DNA of 62,323 nucleotides from an uncultured bacterium (lineage in GTDB: Bacteria; Patescibacteriota; Andersenbacteria; UBA10190; CAIZMI01), in NCBI GenBank assembly GCA_903934015.1, contig CAIZMI010000022.1, positions 1-62,323 of the forward strand, written 5' to 3'. This document shows, piece by piece, positions 27,285-37,436 of this stretch. The stretch's first letter is position 1; each line of letters opens with the position of its first letter. A model generated the notes under the pieces. It ran no database searches. It had not been told where the DNA came from and worked only from the letters and a program-made list of their open reading frames with translations. A program made the translations under genes and the position numbers.

Positions 27285-28316
27285 ATGCACGTTGGTATTG
27301 ATGGGTCTCGGTGTGTTTTGGACAAGTCTACCGGTGTTGAGAGATATTGTTTGCTTGTCTTGCCTCCGTTAATAAAAGAACTTAAAAAAAAGGGTCATAA
27401 AGTCACTGTATACGCACGGAAAGATTCGAGCATATTTACGGGTGCAATAGTAAAAACCTCCGACCTGCGTTATTTGTGGTCTCATTTGTATTTAGGCATT
27501 AAAGCGCAATTTGACGGAGTTGATTGTCTATTTGTGCCTTCGCATGTTCTTCCAATTATCCGCCCTAAAAAGAATGTTATATACATTCATGATGTATGTT
27601 TTGAAGAATTTCCCAAAGTGTATCCTTTTTTTCAACGTTTATATTTGCGATTGACTGGGGCTAATGCAGTACGTACTTCTAGTGTTATTACGCATTCATT
27701 TGCCACTAAGAATCAAATCGAAAATATTTTTGGAGCAGGTCGTGTGAGTGTAGTTAAGCCGGCTTCAATTTTGGTAGTCAAGAATGAAAAGTCAATCGCA
27801 TGGCCAAAGCCCTATTTATTATTTGTTGGTCGAATTGAAACAAAGAAAAATTTATTTATGCTATTGGAAGCATATGATTTATTGCTGATAAATAATCCGG
27901 AAATTAAACATAATTTGGTTTTGATTGGTAAGGATGGATATGGGGCGCAGGAAATTAATCACTTTGCGGAAAAACTCCGTAATAAAAATCGTATAATTTT
28001 TTATGGCTATGCGACAGATGGTTTACGCGATCAGGCAATGAGAGAGGCGAGTGGCGTGGTGTTACCCAGTCTTTGCGAAGGCAGTAGTTTGGTGCTTTTG
28101 GAAGCAAGAGCGACACGTGTACCGTTTGTGGCAAGTGCTTGTGAACCCTGTATTGAAGCGGGAGGAAATGCGGGTATTTATGTTAAAGAAAACCTTGTGG
28201 CAAATTGGGTTGTAGCATTAAAAAATTTGATATTAAAACCGGTGACGCCCGCGCCTGTTCCCAATCGAAATTGGGAGGATGTTGCGCGTGAAATTTCAGA
28301 AATAATTACCTCGTAA
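27285..28316 (+). CDS. GT4-family glycosyltransferase
   Basis: CEGSSLVLLEARATRVPFVAS E-x7-E-like motif, 343 aa. Confidence 0.75.
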   Translation: MHVGIDGSRCVLDKSTGVERYCLLVLPPLIKELKKKGHKVTVYARKDSSIFTGAIVKTSDLRYLWSHLYLGIKAQFDGVDCLFVPSHVLPIIRPKKNVIYIHDVCFEEFPKVYPFFQRLYLRLTGANAVRTSSVITHSFATKNQIENIFGAGRVSVVKPASILVVKNEKSIAWPKPYLLFVGRIETKKNLFMLLEAYDLLLINNPEIKHNLVLIGKDGYGAQEINHFAEKLRNKNRIIFYGYATDGLRDQAMREASGVVLPSLCEGSSLVLLEARATRVPFVASACEPCIEAGGNAGIYVKENLVANWVVALKNLILKPVTPAPVPNRNWEDVAREISEIITS

Positions 28317-28318
28317 AT

Positions 28319-29428
28319 ATGAAAATCGCACTTGTGCATGAGTCATTAACAAGGCTGGGCGGAGCAGAACGGGTTTTGGCAGAAATGCATCGCTTGTACC
28401 CGGATGCGCCGATATATGCTTTGCTTCATGAAAATTCTGTCACAAAGGCGCTATTTCCTGACGCTGATTTGCATTTTTCTTTTTTGCGACGTTTTCCTGA
28501 ATTTTTACGAAAACGTGAAAGATTGTTTTTGCCGTTGCTCCCCGTAGTTCCGGAGACTTTTGATTTGAGTCGCTATGATGTTGTGATTAGTAGCGCGTCT
28601 GCTTTCGCAAAGGGTGTGGTAACACGACCAGGCACGTTGCATATTTGTTTTTGTCATTCGCCAACACGATATTTGTGGGATTGGTATCCGCACGTTTTGG
28701 AAGAATTTGGTGGCGGTACATTGAAATACGGAGTGCTTACTATTTTGTTGCATTACTTGCGACTATGGGATCAAGCGGCATCAAGGCGCGTCGATTATTA
28801 TATTGCCAACTCAAATACAACCGCGGGGCGGATTAAGAAATATTATGGAAGAGATTCGCATGTAGTATATCCACCGGTAAATATAAACAAATTTTCACCG
28901 ACGAAAGCGCATAAAGGCTATTTTTTAATTGTCTCCAGGCTTTCTCCATATAAACGTATTGATGTGGCTATTCATGCTTTTAATAAGTTAGAACTACCGT
29001 TGGTAATTGTGGGAGAGGGCAGGGACTTGGAACGCTTGCAGGGGATTGCCGGCCCAACGATAACATTTAAGGGGTTCGTGAGTGACGATAAATTACCGGA
29101 TATTTATGCAGGTGCTAGGGCGGTAATATTTCCCGGTGAAGATGATTTTGGGATTGTCCCCGTTGAAGCGATGGCGAGTGGTAAACCAGTAATCGCCTTA
29201 CGTCGGGGTGGTGCGACGGAAACTATCGTGGAAGGAGTAACGGGTGAATTTTTTGATGAACCACACGAAGCGTTATTGGCAGAAGCGGTCCGTTCTTTTA
29301 TGGAGAAAGAAAAGGATTATGATTGTCTTAAAATTCGCGCCAGAGCAGAGTTGTATTCAGAAGAAAACTTTAGGAATAATTTGGAGAAATATGTGGCAGA
29401 AAAGTGGAAGGAATGGCAGATGAGATAA
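28319..29428 (+). CDS. GT4-family glycosyltransferase
   Basis: MKIALVHESLTRLGGAERV N-terminus and EDDFGIVPVEAMASGKPVIALRRGGATE motif. Confidence 0.85.
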   Translation: MKIALVHESLTRLGGAERVLAEMHRLYPDAPIYALLHENSVTKALFPDADLHFSFLRRFPEFLRKRERLFLPLLPVVPETFDLSRYDVVISSASAFAKGVVTRPGTLHICFCHSPTRYLWDWYPHVLEEFGGGTLKYGVLTILLHYLRLWDQAASRRVDYYIANSNTTAGRIKKYYGRDSHVVYPPVNINKFSPTKAHKGYFLIVSRLSPYKRIDVAIHAFNKLELPLVIVGEGRDLERLQGIAGPTITFKGFVSDDKLPDIYAGARAVIFPGEDDFGIVPVEAMASGKPVIALRRGGATETIVEGVTGEFFDEPHEALLAEAVRSFMEKEKDYDCLKIRARAELYSEENFRNNLEKYVAEKWKEWQMR

Positions 29429-29606
29429 AAATTACAATATCTAATGAAAAGTTTAATTATGTAACATATCGTTAGCGTTTGGTAATTTGCGCATTTCATT
29501 AAAAATTAGATATTAGTAATTAGAAATTAATGAACACAACAATGTATTTATTTTCAAAACTTCCCCTTGTCATTCATACTTATTCGTGGCAAGATAAATT
29601 ATTGTT

Positions 29607-32216
29607 ATGATCGCATTATTTGACCGTTTCATGGGCCGAGATTCGGCGAAACTTGATAAGATCAAGAAGATTGCCGACCGTGTTCTCGCTCTGGAGCCGG
29701 AGATGCGTAAGCTCTCTGACGCGGGTCTTCCTGAAAAATTGAACGAATTACGCGTTGTCGCAAAAGAAAAATCAACCGATGAACTGTTGCCGGATGCGTT
29801 TGCATTAGTCCGCGAAACAGCGCGTCGCGTGCTTGGTGAACATCCATTTCCGGTTCAAGTAATGGGTGGAATTATTTTACACCAAGGAAATATTTCGGAA
29901 ATGAAAACCGGAGAAGGTAAAACACTGGTTTCGACCATGCCTATTGTTTTGAACGCTTTACATGGAAAGGGTGTTCATTTGGTAACGGCGAATGATTATT
30001 TGGCAAAACGTGATGCTGAGTGGATGGGTAAAATTTATCAAACGCTGGGATTGACTGTCGGGGTGACAGCGCATGGTCAGACGGCTTTTGAAAAACGCGC
30101 CGCATACGCTTCGGATATTACTTATGGAACAAACAACGAATTCGGTTTTGATTATCTGCGGGACAATATGGCGTATCGCGTCGAAGAAAAAGTTCAACGC
30201 GAGTTATATTATGCAATTGTCGATGAAGTTGATTCAATCTTAATCGATGAAGCCCGTACACCATTAATTATTTCCGCTCCAGACGAAGAATCAAGTAAAC
30301 AGTACGCGGAGTTTGCGCGTATCGCTCCTCAGTTGGAAAAAGAAAAACATTATGAAGTGGATGAAAAAGAGCGGGCTGTTACGTTAACTGACGAAGGTAT
30401 TTCGCGCGTTGAAAAAATATTGGGTGTTGAAAATATTTACGGTTCCGGTGAAGTGAAGGTTGTGCATCATTTGGAGCAAGCTTTGCGGGCAATGGCGTTA
30501 TATAAGCGCGACGTGGATTATGTTGTCAAAGAAGGAGAGGTGATGATTGTTGATTCGTTTACCGGTCGACTAATGCCCGGTCGTCGATATTCTGAAGGTC
30601 TGCATCAGGCGATTGAGGCAAAAGAAGGTGTTAAAGTGCAACAAGAAAGTCGCACAATGGCGACAATTACTTTTCAAAACTATTTTCGTCTGTATAAAAA
30701 ATTAGCAGGAATGACGGGTACGGCAAAAACATCCGAAGAAGAGTTTCAAAAAGTATACAACTTGGATGTTTTGGTGGTTCCAACAAATAAATCGCTTATC
30801 AGGAAAGATGAAGCGGACCGAATTTATCGGACGGAATTAGGTAAATTTAGGAACGTGGTGAAAGAAATTAAGGAGCGTAATAAAATTGGACAACCGGTTT
30901 TGGTTGGTACGGTGGCAATAGAAAAATCGGAATTATTGAGTAACATGCTCATTCGTGAAGGCGTTAAGCATGAAGTGTTGAATGCGAAAAATCACGCTCG
31001 TGAAGCCGAAATTGTGGCAAATGCCGGACAAAAAGAAGCGGTAACAATTTCTACTAACATGGCTGGTCGCGGAACGGATATTAAGCTTGGTGATGGAGTG
31101 CGTGAAATTGGTGGATTGCATATTATCGGTACAGAACGGCACGAAGCTCGTCGTATAGACAATCAGTTACGTGGACGCGCCGGGCGTCAGGGTGATATGG
31201 GTAGTTCGCAGTTCTTTATTTCGGCCGAGGATGATGTAATGCGTATATTTGGTGCCGATCGAATGAAAAATTTGCTGACGCGATTTAATATCCCTGAAGA
31301 TGAACCGATAGAAAGCCGACTTGTTTCAAAGGCGGTTGAAAGTGCGCAGGCACGCGTGGAAGGATTTTATTTTGATTCAAGAAAACATGTTTTGGATTAC
31401 GACGATGTGATGAATAAACAGCGCGAAGCTTTTTATCGTCTACGCAATAATGTATTGGAAACTCAGGGTGATAATTCAAAATTACGCGTAATCGTTACAG
31501 AACTTCTGGCGCAAACACTTTGCGAGGTGGTAAATACCGCACTAATTGCCCCGGCGCCGGAAGGCGGAGAAGCGGAACATGAGGTTGAACAGGAAGTTAA
31601 GAAAACCATTGAGAGGTTAATTAATCTCACTGATATCGAGTGGCAAGAGATTAAAGAAACAATTCCCGTGGATGCTACGAGTGGAATAACCGATAAAACA
31701 AAAGAAGTATTGCGCGTGTTTGTAGGGCGTCATTATGATGGGCAAGAAGCGCGCACAAACAAAGACCCAATGTTTTATGATGTGATTCGCAGTATTGTTC
31801 TTAGGGCATTGGATTTTCTTTGGACAGACCATTTGGACACAATGGAGTATTTGCGCACTGGTATCGGGTTGCGCGGTTATGGTCAACGTGATCCATTGGT
31901 TGAATATCGACGAGAAGGGCATCAGTTGTTTCAGAATTTAATGGCAACTTTCAGGCAAGAGGCATCAGCGGCGATATTCCATTTGGATATTCATCCGCAA
32001 ACGGCGCCACGTGTCGAAGAAAACCAGACAAAAAATATTACGATGGTGCATCCTGATGCGGTTAAGCCGAACGAGGCCCTTGTTCCTGCCGGTTCAGTAT
32101 CCGCAAACAATGTTTCCGAGCAATCTCCAGTCAAGAAGAAACCGACAATTGGTCGAAATGATCCCTGTTTTTGCGGATCAGGAAAAAAATATAAGAAGTG
32201 TCACGGGAAGGCATAA
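29607..32216 (+). CDS. secA: Preprotein translocase ATPase SecA
   Basis: MKTGEGKTLV Walker A, VDEVDSILIDEARTPLIIS, C-terminal zinc motif CFCGSGKKYKKCHG, 869 aa. Confidence 0.95.
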   Translation: MIALFDRFMGRDSAKLDKIKKIADRVLALEPEMRKLSDAGLPEKLNELRVVAKEKSTDELLPDAFALVRETARRVLGEHPFPVQVMGGIILHQGNISEMKTGEGKTLVSTMPIVLNALHGKGVHLVTANDYLAKRDAEWMGKIYQTLGLTVGVTAHGQTAFEKRAAYASDITYGTNNEFGFDYLRDNMAYRVEEKVQRELYYAIVDEVDSILIDEARTPLIISAPDEESSKQYAEFARIAPQLEKEKHYEVDEKERAVTLTDEGISRVEKILGVENIYGSGEVKVVHHLEQALRAMALYKRDVDYVVKEGEVMIVDSFTGRLMPGRRYSEGLHQAIEAKEGVKVQQESRTMATITFQNYFRLYKKLAGMTGTAKTSEEEFQKVYNLDVLVVPTNKSLIRKDEADRIYRTELGKFRNVVKEIKERNKIGQPVLVGTVAIEKSELLSNMLIREGVKHEVLNAKNHAREAEIVANAGQKEAVTISTNMAGRGTDIKLGDGVREIGGLHIIGTERHEARRIDNQLRGRAGRQGDMGSSQFFISAEDDVMRIFGADRMKNLLTRFNIPEDEPIESRLVSKAVESAQARVEGFYFDSRKHVLDYDDVMNKQREAFYRLRNNVLETQGDNSKLRVIVTELLAQTLCEVVNTALIAPAPEGGEAEHEVEQEVKKTIERLINLTDIEWQEIKETIPVDATSGITDKTKEVLRVFVGRHYDGQEARTNKDPMFYDVIRSIVLRALDFLWTDHLDTMEYLRTGIGLRGYGQRDPLVEYRREGHQLFQNLMATFRQEASAAIFHLDIHPQTAPRVEENQTKNITMVHPDAVKPNEALVPAGSVSANNVSEQSPVKKKPTIGRNDPCFCGSGKKYKKCHGKA

Positions 32217-32319
32217 TGGCTATTGTATTAAATTGTTATCTGGATTGATTGGTTTTGGAAAAAGTCCTTATTGATCCGCATTTCTCATAAATAAATGACA
32301 GTACAATTATGTTAGTTAT

Positions 32320-33027
32320 ATGACCCAACGCTTGATAAATTTTATTAAGTATACAAAAAGTCGTGTTCAGAAAACAGTTCAAATGTCCTATTGTGGTTTG
32401 GGTTCCGCTTCTGACCATTACTATTTGAAAAAGGACATTTCCCATCTTAATACCGTTTTAGATCTTGGCGCCTGTGTGGGTGAATTTTCCAGGGAGCTAT
32501 CACTCATGAGGCCCGATGCGAGTTATATATTAGTGGAAGCTAATCCCAATCTTGCGTTAAAATTGCATAAATTAATAACGCCCAAGAATAAAAAAATTAT
32601 CAATGCTTGTATTGTCGGGGAAAAGGATAGAAATAAAAAAAACGTTTTATTCAATCTTACAGACAATATTTCTTCAAGTACGATGAATGATGATTTTGCA
32701 AAAAACATATTGATACGGGAAAAGATTAGAGTGCCAACAATTACTATGGAAAAGATATTTAACCTATGTTCGATAAAGAAGATTGATTTATTAAAAATTG
32801 ATATTGAAGGTGCAGAGTGGGGATTGTTGGAAACTTTTGGGAAGGATGAATATGAGCGAATCAAATCGATTACAATTGAATTTCACGATTTTATAGATGC
32901 ACGTTTTCAGACGCAAACATTGAATTGCATAGAAAGATTAAAATTATTAGGCTACAAATTTATTAGCGAGAATAACGCTTATTTTGGGAAATACTTTAAT
33001 TGTCTTTTTTATAAGCAAGATGAATAA
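32320..33027 (+). CDS. FkbM-family SAM-dependent methyltransferase
   Basis: LDLGACVGEFS motif I and IDLLKIDIEGAEW, typical of FkbM. Confidence 0.75.
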   Translation: MTQRLINFIKYTKSRVQKTVQMSYCGLGSASDHYYLKKDISHLNTVLDLGACVGEFSRELSLMRPDASYILVEANPNLALKLHKLITPKNKKIINACIVGEKDRNKKNVLFNLTDNISSSTMNDDFAKNILIREKIRVPTITMEKIFNLCSIKKIDLLKIDIEGAEWGLLETFGKDEYERIKSITIEFHDFIDARFQTQTLNCIERLKLLGYKFISENNAYFGKYFNCLFYKQDE

Positions 33028-33973
33028 TGTAATTGAAAATTTACAGCGCATCAGCGTAGTTTCATCGATTGACCAAAATATGGTTTATCCGTTGGCAGTT
33101 ATGTTGTTTTCGTTGATGAAAAACATGTCACCGGCATATACGGTAGAAATTACAATAATCGAAAATGGTTTAACTGAATCATATAAAAAGATTCTCTTGG
33201 ATGCTGTTGCAAGGTTTTCGAATGCTAGAATTAGTTTTTTTCCTGCGGATTTATCATTGTTCAATTCTGTTTACTTGGGTCACTTATCGACAGCGACATA
33301 TTTTCGTTTGCTTCTTCCGCGCGTTGTTGATGATAGTTTTGAAACATCCATTTACTTGGATGCCGATATGATTATTTTGGACGATGTGAGCAAGCTTTGG
33401 TCTATTGAACTTGGGGAAAATTTATTGGGTGCGGTGGCAGATTCATACGGAGAAAATAGTTTTAACGCCGGTGTTTTGATATATAACTTGCGAAAATGGA
33501 GAAATGAAAATCTGAGTGAAAAAAGTATTGAATTTGTAAACAAAAATGCTTCAATTCTTGTTTACCATGATCAGCAAGCACTCAACATGTTGTGTTCCGG
33601 AAAATGGTTGCCACTGGATATGGCCTGGAATGTTTGTAAACATCATTTTTCTTTTGCAAAAATCGATATTGAAAATTATTATTATATTTTTAAACCGCGC
33701 ATCATCCATTTCAGTGGATATCCCAAGGTGTGGCACCATGGTTTTCATCCATACATGGTCGAATACAAGAAATATGCGGAGGAGATTGGTTGGAATATTT
33801 TCGAGCCGGTATCTTTTGTGGAACGAATTATGTATCAGTTTTCTTTTAGAACCATACTCAGTATTATGCGTCCATTGTTTGTGTTTAGATCGTGGTTGGA
33901 GAAAAGATTTTTAAAACCGACAAGAAATTTGCGTGGGCGGATGGGGATAAAAAAATCACAATTATTTGGTTGA
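33020..33973 (+). CDS. GT8-family glycosyltransferase
   Basis: YFRLLLPRVV... and YLDADMIILDD (DxD). The start is moved to the ATG at 33020 (MNNVIENL), overlapping the upstream stop. Confidence 0.8.
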   Translation: MNNVIENLQRISVVSSIDQNMVYPLAVMLFSLMKNMSPAYTVEITIIENGLTESYKKILLDAVARFSNARISFFPADLSLFNSVYLGHLSTATYFRLLLPRVVDDSFETSIYLDADMIILDDVSKLWSIELGENLLGAVADSYGENSFNAGVLIYNLRKWRNENLSEKSIEFVNKNASILVYHDQQALNMLCSGKWLPLDMAWNVCKHHFSFAKIDIENYYYIFKPRIIHFSGYPKVWHHGFHPYMVEYKKYAEEIGWNIFEPVSFVERIMYQFSFRTILSIMRPLFVFRSWLEKRFLKPTRNLRGRMGIKKSQLFG

Positions 33974-34006
33974 CTGTTTTTGGATTAAGAGTGCAAAATA
34001 TGTATT

Positions 34007-34471
34007 ATGGCTGATATAATAAAAAACAAAAATGATTTGAAGCGCGGAGTGGACTTTATCGGAGTCGGTGTCGTTTTTATTTGCCATGACGGTCATGGGC
34101 GTGTTTTGTTGCACAAGCGCAGTAACAAGTGTCGAGATGAACATGGTCATTGGGACAATGGCGGGGGAGCGGTGGAGTTTGGGGAGGATTTGGAGTCGGC
34201 GGTTCGTCGTGAGGTAATGGAAGAATATGGCGTTGAACCGATTGAATTGAAGTATTTGGAACATGTAAATGTGATTAGACAAAATGGCGATTATCAAACA
34301 CATTGGGTGGCGATGCGATATTCGGTGCTAGTTGATCCTAAAAAAGTTGTAAATGGTGATCCTGAAAAAATTGACGATATCGGTTGGTTTACTTTAGAAA
34401 ATTTGCCTTCGCCCTTGCATTCAGTTCTGGAGAAGGAATTGAAATTGGTAAAAAGAGTACTGGGGGTGTAA
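34007..34471 (+). CDS. NUDIX hydrolase
   Basis: Nudix box GGGAVEFGEDLESAVRREVMEEYG. Confidence 0.85.
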   Translation: MADIIKNKNDLKRGVDFIGVGVVFICHDGHGRVLLHKRSNKCRDEHGHWDNGGGAVEFGEDLESAVRREVMEEYGVEPIELKYLEHVNVIRQNGDYQTHWVAMRYSVLVDPKKVVNGDPEKIDDIGWFTLENLPSPLHSVLEKELKLVKRVLGV

Positions 34472-34550
34472 TAATAAAGCCATGATGTAAGATGATAATT
34501 TCTCACTAATCAAGCAGGTGACGAATTATTTTTAATGAAAGACAACTGAT

Positions 34551-35846
34551 ATGAATAAAACAGAATTAAAGAAGAGTGATCCTGAGGTCTACGCAACAGT
34601 TGAGGGGGAAATGCAAAGACAACGTGAGGGTGTTGAATTAATTGCGTCTGAAAATTATGTTTCGCCGGCGGTGTTGGAGGCCTTGGGTAGTCATATGACA
34701 AATAAATATGCCGAGGGTTTTCCGGGAAAGCGTTACTATGGTGGTCAGGAATTTACGGATGCAGTTGAGACGCTGGCAATTGAAAGGGCAAAGAAGATAT
34801 TTCGTTGTAATCATGCCAACGTGCAACCGCTTTCCGGTGCACCGGCCAACATTGCGGTGTATTTTTCTTGGTTGGAGCCGGGTGATGCAATTATGGGAAT
34901 GGATCTTTCGCATGGAGGTCACTTAACGCATGGCAGTCCGGTTACTTATATGTCGAAATTGTTTAACTTTGTGCGGTATAAGATGGGTGACCTAGAAACC
35001 GGTGCAATTGATTATGACGACATGTTAAAGGTGGCAAAACAAGAAAAAGTTAAAATTATTCTTGCGGGTTTTTCGGCTTATCCAAGAGAGCTGGATTACG
35101 CAAAAATACGCGCTGTTGCTGATGAAGTGGGGGCAATCGCCATGGCGGATGTTGCGCACGTTGCCGGGTTGATTGCGGCCGGTGAACTTAAAAACCCGTT
35201 TGATTATGGCTTTAATGTTGTGACAACAACAACCCATAAAACCTTGCGTGGTCCACGGGGTGGCATGATTTTGTCACAAGGGAAAGTTTCCAATCCCTTA
35301 AAGGCGGTTGAAAAAACGGTGGAGAATTTGCCTACTCTGATTGATCGCAGTGTTTTTCCGGGTTTTCAAGGCGGACCGCACATGAATAATATTGCTGCGA
35401 TTGCCGTAGCGTTGGGTGAAGCAATGCAACCGGAATATAAAGTTTATGCCAAGCAGGTAATTTTAAATGCAAAAACCATGGCCGAGCGCCTAATGTCCAA
35501 TGGCTGTAAGTTGGTTACTAATGGTACCGATAATCACATGATGGTTGTCGATTGCGTAAAGTCATTTGGCTTGAATGGCAAAGAAGTACAGCACATTTTA
35601 GATGAAGTGGGCATCAGTGCCAGTAAAAGCACGGTTCCCGATGATACGTTACCGCCATATTCACCGAGCGGGTTACGTCTTGGAACTCCGGCGATTACCA
35701 CGCGTGGCATGAAGGAACCGGAAATCGATAAACTTACCGATTTTATGTTACAAGCAATTCGTGAACATGCGGATGAGGCAAAAATGGCACAACTTAAGGT
35801 GAGTGTTCGAGAGTTTTGTTTGTCGTTTCCGTTGCCCGGCGTGTAG
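34551..35846 (+). CDS. glyA: Serine hydroxymethyltransferase
   Basis: HGGHLTHGS and the PLP-lysine motif TTTTHKTLRGPRGG, 431 aa. Confidence 0.95.
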   Translation: MNKTELKKSDPEVYATVEGEMQRQREGVELIASENYVSPAVLEALGSHMTNKYAEGFPGKRYYGGQEFTDAVETLAIERAKKIFRCNHANVQPLSGAPANIAVYFSWLEPGDAIMGMDLSHGGHLTHGSPVTYMSKLFNFVRYKMGDLETGAIDYDDMLKVAKQEKVKIILAGFSAYPRELDYAKIRAVADEVGAIAMADVAHVAGLIAAGELKNPFDYGFNVVTTTTHKTLRGPRGGMILSQGKVSNPLKAVEKTVENLPTLIDRSVFPGFQGGPHMNNIAAIAVALGEAMQPEYKVYAKQVILNAKTMAERLMSNGCKLVTNGTDNHMMVVDCVKSFGLNGKEVQHILDEVGISASKSTVPDDTLPPYSPSGLRLGTPAITTRGMKEPEIDKLTDFMLQAIREHADEAKMAQLKVSVREFCLSFPLPGV

Positions 35847-35953
35847 GGGCAATTCATGAATTGCCCATATAAATTATGATGCGTTTTCTTGTTTTAGTTA
35901 TTATTTGTTGATTGGTGTGACAAAATGACATATTTGTGTTAAATTATTTTACT

Positions 35954-36814
35954 ATGAATCCACAAATTCTCGACGGTCGAAAATTAGCAACAAAATTTGA
36001 TGAACAATTGTCGAAGCGTATTGGTTTACTAAAGACTGCCGGTATTATTCCCGGGTTAGCTATCTTGCTAAAAGAAGGGGATAAAGAGAGCGCAATTTTT
36101 GTACGCCAGAAGGAAAAAAAGTGTGAACTTTTGGGAATTGAAGTTGTTATTGAAACGTTGCCAAAAGAAGGTTTTTTGGAGAATGCTACCAAGATTGTCG
36201 CAAGATGGAATGAAAATCCGAAAATGCATGGGATTGTTGTGCAGGTGCCACGGGGCGACGCCAGCGAAATGCGAGAGGTAATTAAATTAGTTGATCCGAA
36301 AAAAGACGTTGATTGTTTGCATCCCGAAAATATCGGCCTGCTTTCCTTTAGTAAACCCCGTTTTTTACCGCCAACGCCAGCCGGAATTCATCAGCTATTA
36401 ATCAAAAATAAAATTAATTTTGATGGTAAGCATGTCGTGATTATTGGCCGTGGAAATTTGGTGGGGAAGCCGTTAGCGTTACTTCTTTTGCAAAAGAAAA
36501 AAGATGCCAATGCGACTGTGACCGTTTGTCATCGTCACACAAAGGATTTGGCCAAGCACACAAAGCAGGCCGATATTTTGGTAGTCGCTATCGGGCAAAA
36601 AGAATTCATTGGAAAAGAATATATTAACAAAGGTTGTGTATTGGTTGATGTTGGAATTCATAAAGTCGGTGACAACTGGTTTGGTGATGTGAAACATTCA
36701 GAAGTTGATAAGTTGGTTTCGGCAGTAACTCCTGTTCCGGGTGGTGTCGGTCCGATGACGGTAACGATGCTTTTGTCTAATGTAATTTTGTCCGCGGAGA
36801 ATCTGTTGGCCTAG
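35954..36814 (+). CDS. folD: Bifunctional methylenetetrahydrofolate dehydrogenase/cyclohydrolase
   Basis: MNPQILDGRKLA N-terminus (start moved from GTG 35936), VIIGRGNLVGKPLALLL, PVPGGVGPMTVTMLL. Confidence 0.9.
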   Translation: MNPQILDGRKLATKFDEQLSKRIGLLKTAGIIPGLAILLKEGDKESAIFVRQKEKKCELLGIEVVIETLPKEGFLENATKIVARWNENPKMHGIVVQVPRGDASEMREVIKLVDPKKDVDCLHPENIGLLSFSKPRFLPPTPAGIHQLLIKNKINFDGKHVVIIGRGNLVGKPLALLLLQKKKDANATVTVCHRHTKDLAKHTKQADILVVAIGQKEFIGKEYINKGCVLVDVGIHKVGDNWFGDVKHSEVDKLVSAVTPVPGGVGPMTVTMLLSNVILSAENLLA

Positions 36815-36928
36815 TTTGGTAATCATAAACTTCGCATATAGCAGTTTTGTATATAGTCTTTGGTATTTAGTATAAGGATTTAGAGAGCGATATTTCTCTC
36901 GAATTATTTTGGATAGAATTGGTTAAAT

Positions 36929-36959
36929 AAAAAAAGACCGGATAGGGTTGTCTATCCGG
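36929..36959 (-). terminator. Rho-independent terminator of the 38-aa gene
   Basis: Minus-strand reading: ccggatag-acaacc-ctatccgg followed by tcttttttt. Confidence 0.7.
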
Positions 36960-36978
36960 CGGACTGCGCACTTGTTGC

Positions 36979-37095
36979 TCACCCGCTGACGGGTGGCGGA
37001 TCGGTCGGACCACCGCCATCCTTGTCACAGCACCCCTTGATCGGGCAACAGCAACAGCCGAGAGCGAGTAGTGCCCACAAAATAATGCTTCTCAT
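36979..37095 (-). CDS. 38-aa Cys-rich lipoprotein-like peptide (MRSIILWALLALGCCCCPIKGCCDKDGGGPTDPPPVSG)
   Basis: AGGAGA lies 6 nt upstream of the ATG. It has a signal-like N-terminus with LALGC (lipobox-like) and is followed by a strong terminator. It is too short for the ORF track. Confidence 0.55.
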   Translation of the reverse strand: MRSIILWALLALGCCCCPIKGCCDKDGGGPTDPPPVSG

Positions 37096-37197
37096 GACCA
37101 TTCTCCTGACAAAAAAAAGAGTAACGAACACAGGTGGATTGAACTGTATAAATTATTCGATATTTAGTCAAATTGAAGTATATAGTAAGTTGTTAAG

Positions 37198-37226
37198 AAA
37201 AAACCGGGCAAGTGTTACTTGCTCGG
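37198..37226 (-). terminator. Rho-independent terminator of the 40-aa gene
   Basis: Minus-strand reading: ccgagcaag-taaca-cttgcccgg (one mismatch) followed by tttttt. Confidence 0.6.
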
Positions 37227-37245
37227 GGGGGGGCTCCTAACGTTG

Positions 37246-37368
37246 CTACGCTCGTTTCTTTCTCGTTCTCAGGTGCACCAAGACCATATACGCGGTGAGG
37301 GAAACCGCGCCTACGGTCAACAGAAAGTTCGCAAAAAGGATTAATCCCGACACCAATGGTGACGCCAT
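37246..37368 (-). CDS. 40-aa single-TM peptide (MASPLVSGLILFANFLLTVGAVSLTAYMVLVHLRTRKKRA)
   Basis: AAGGAGG lies 6 nt upstream of the ATG. A TTGACA-17-TATAGT promoter lies upstream and a terminator downstream. Hydrophobic core plus a basic tail. Confidence 0.6.
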   Translation of the reverse strand: MASPLVSGLILFANFLLTVGAVSLTAYMVLVHLRTRKKRA

Positions 37369-37436
37369 TTTGTGCCTCCTTGAAAAAGAAAACCGAAACT
37401 AACTAACGCAAATTGTTACCTAAACAACAAGACTGT

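Noticed and set aside
26652-27290. 212-aa minus-strand ORF antisense to mreB, with similar shadows at 41575-42069 (antisense to rseP), 45063-45575 (antisense to mreB-2) and 9831-10328
   Set aside because: These are full antisense overlaps with strongly motif-supported genes. The sequences are low-complexity Ser/Pro/Thr-rich and fit shadow ORFs.
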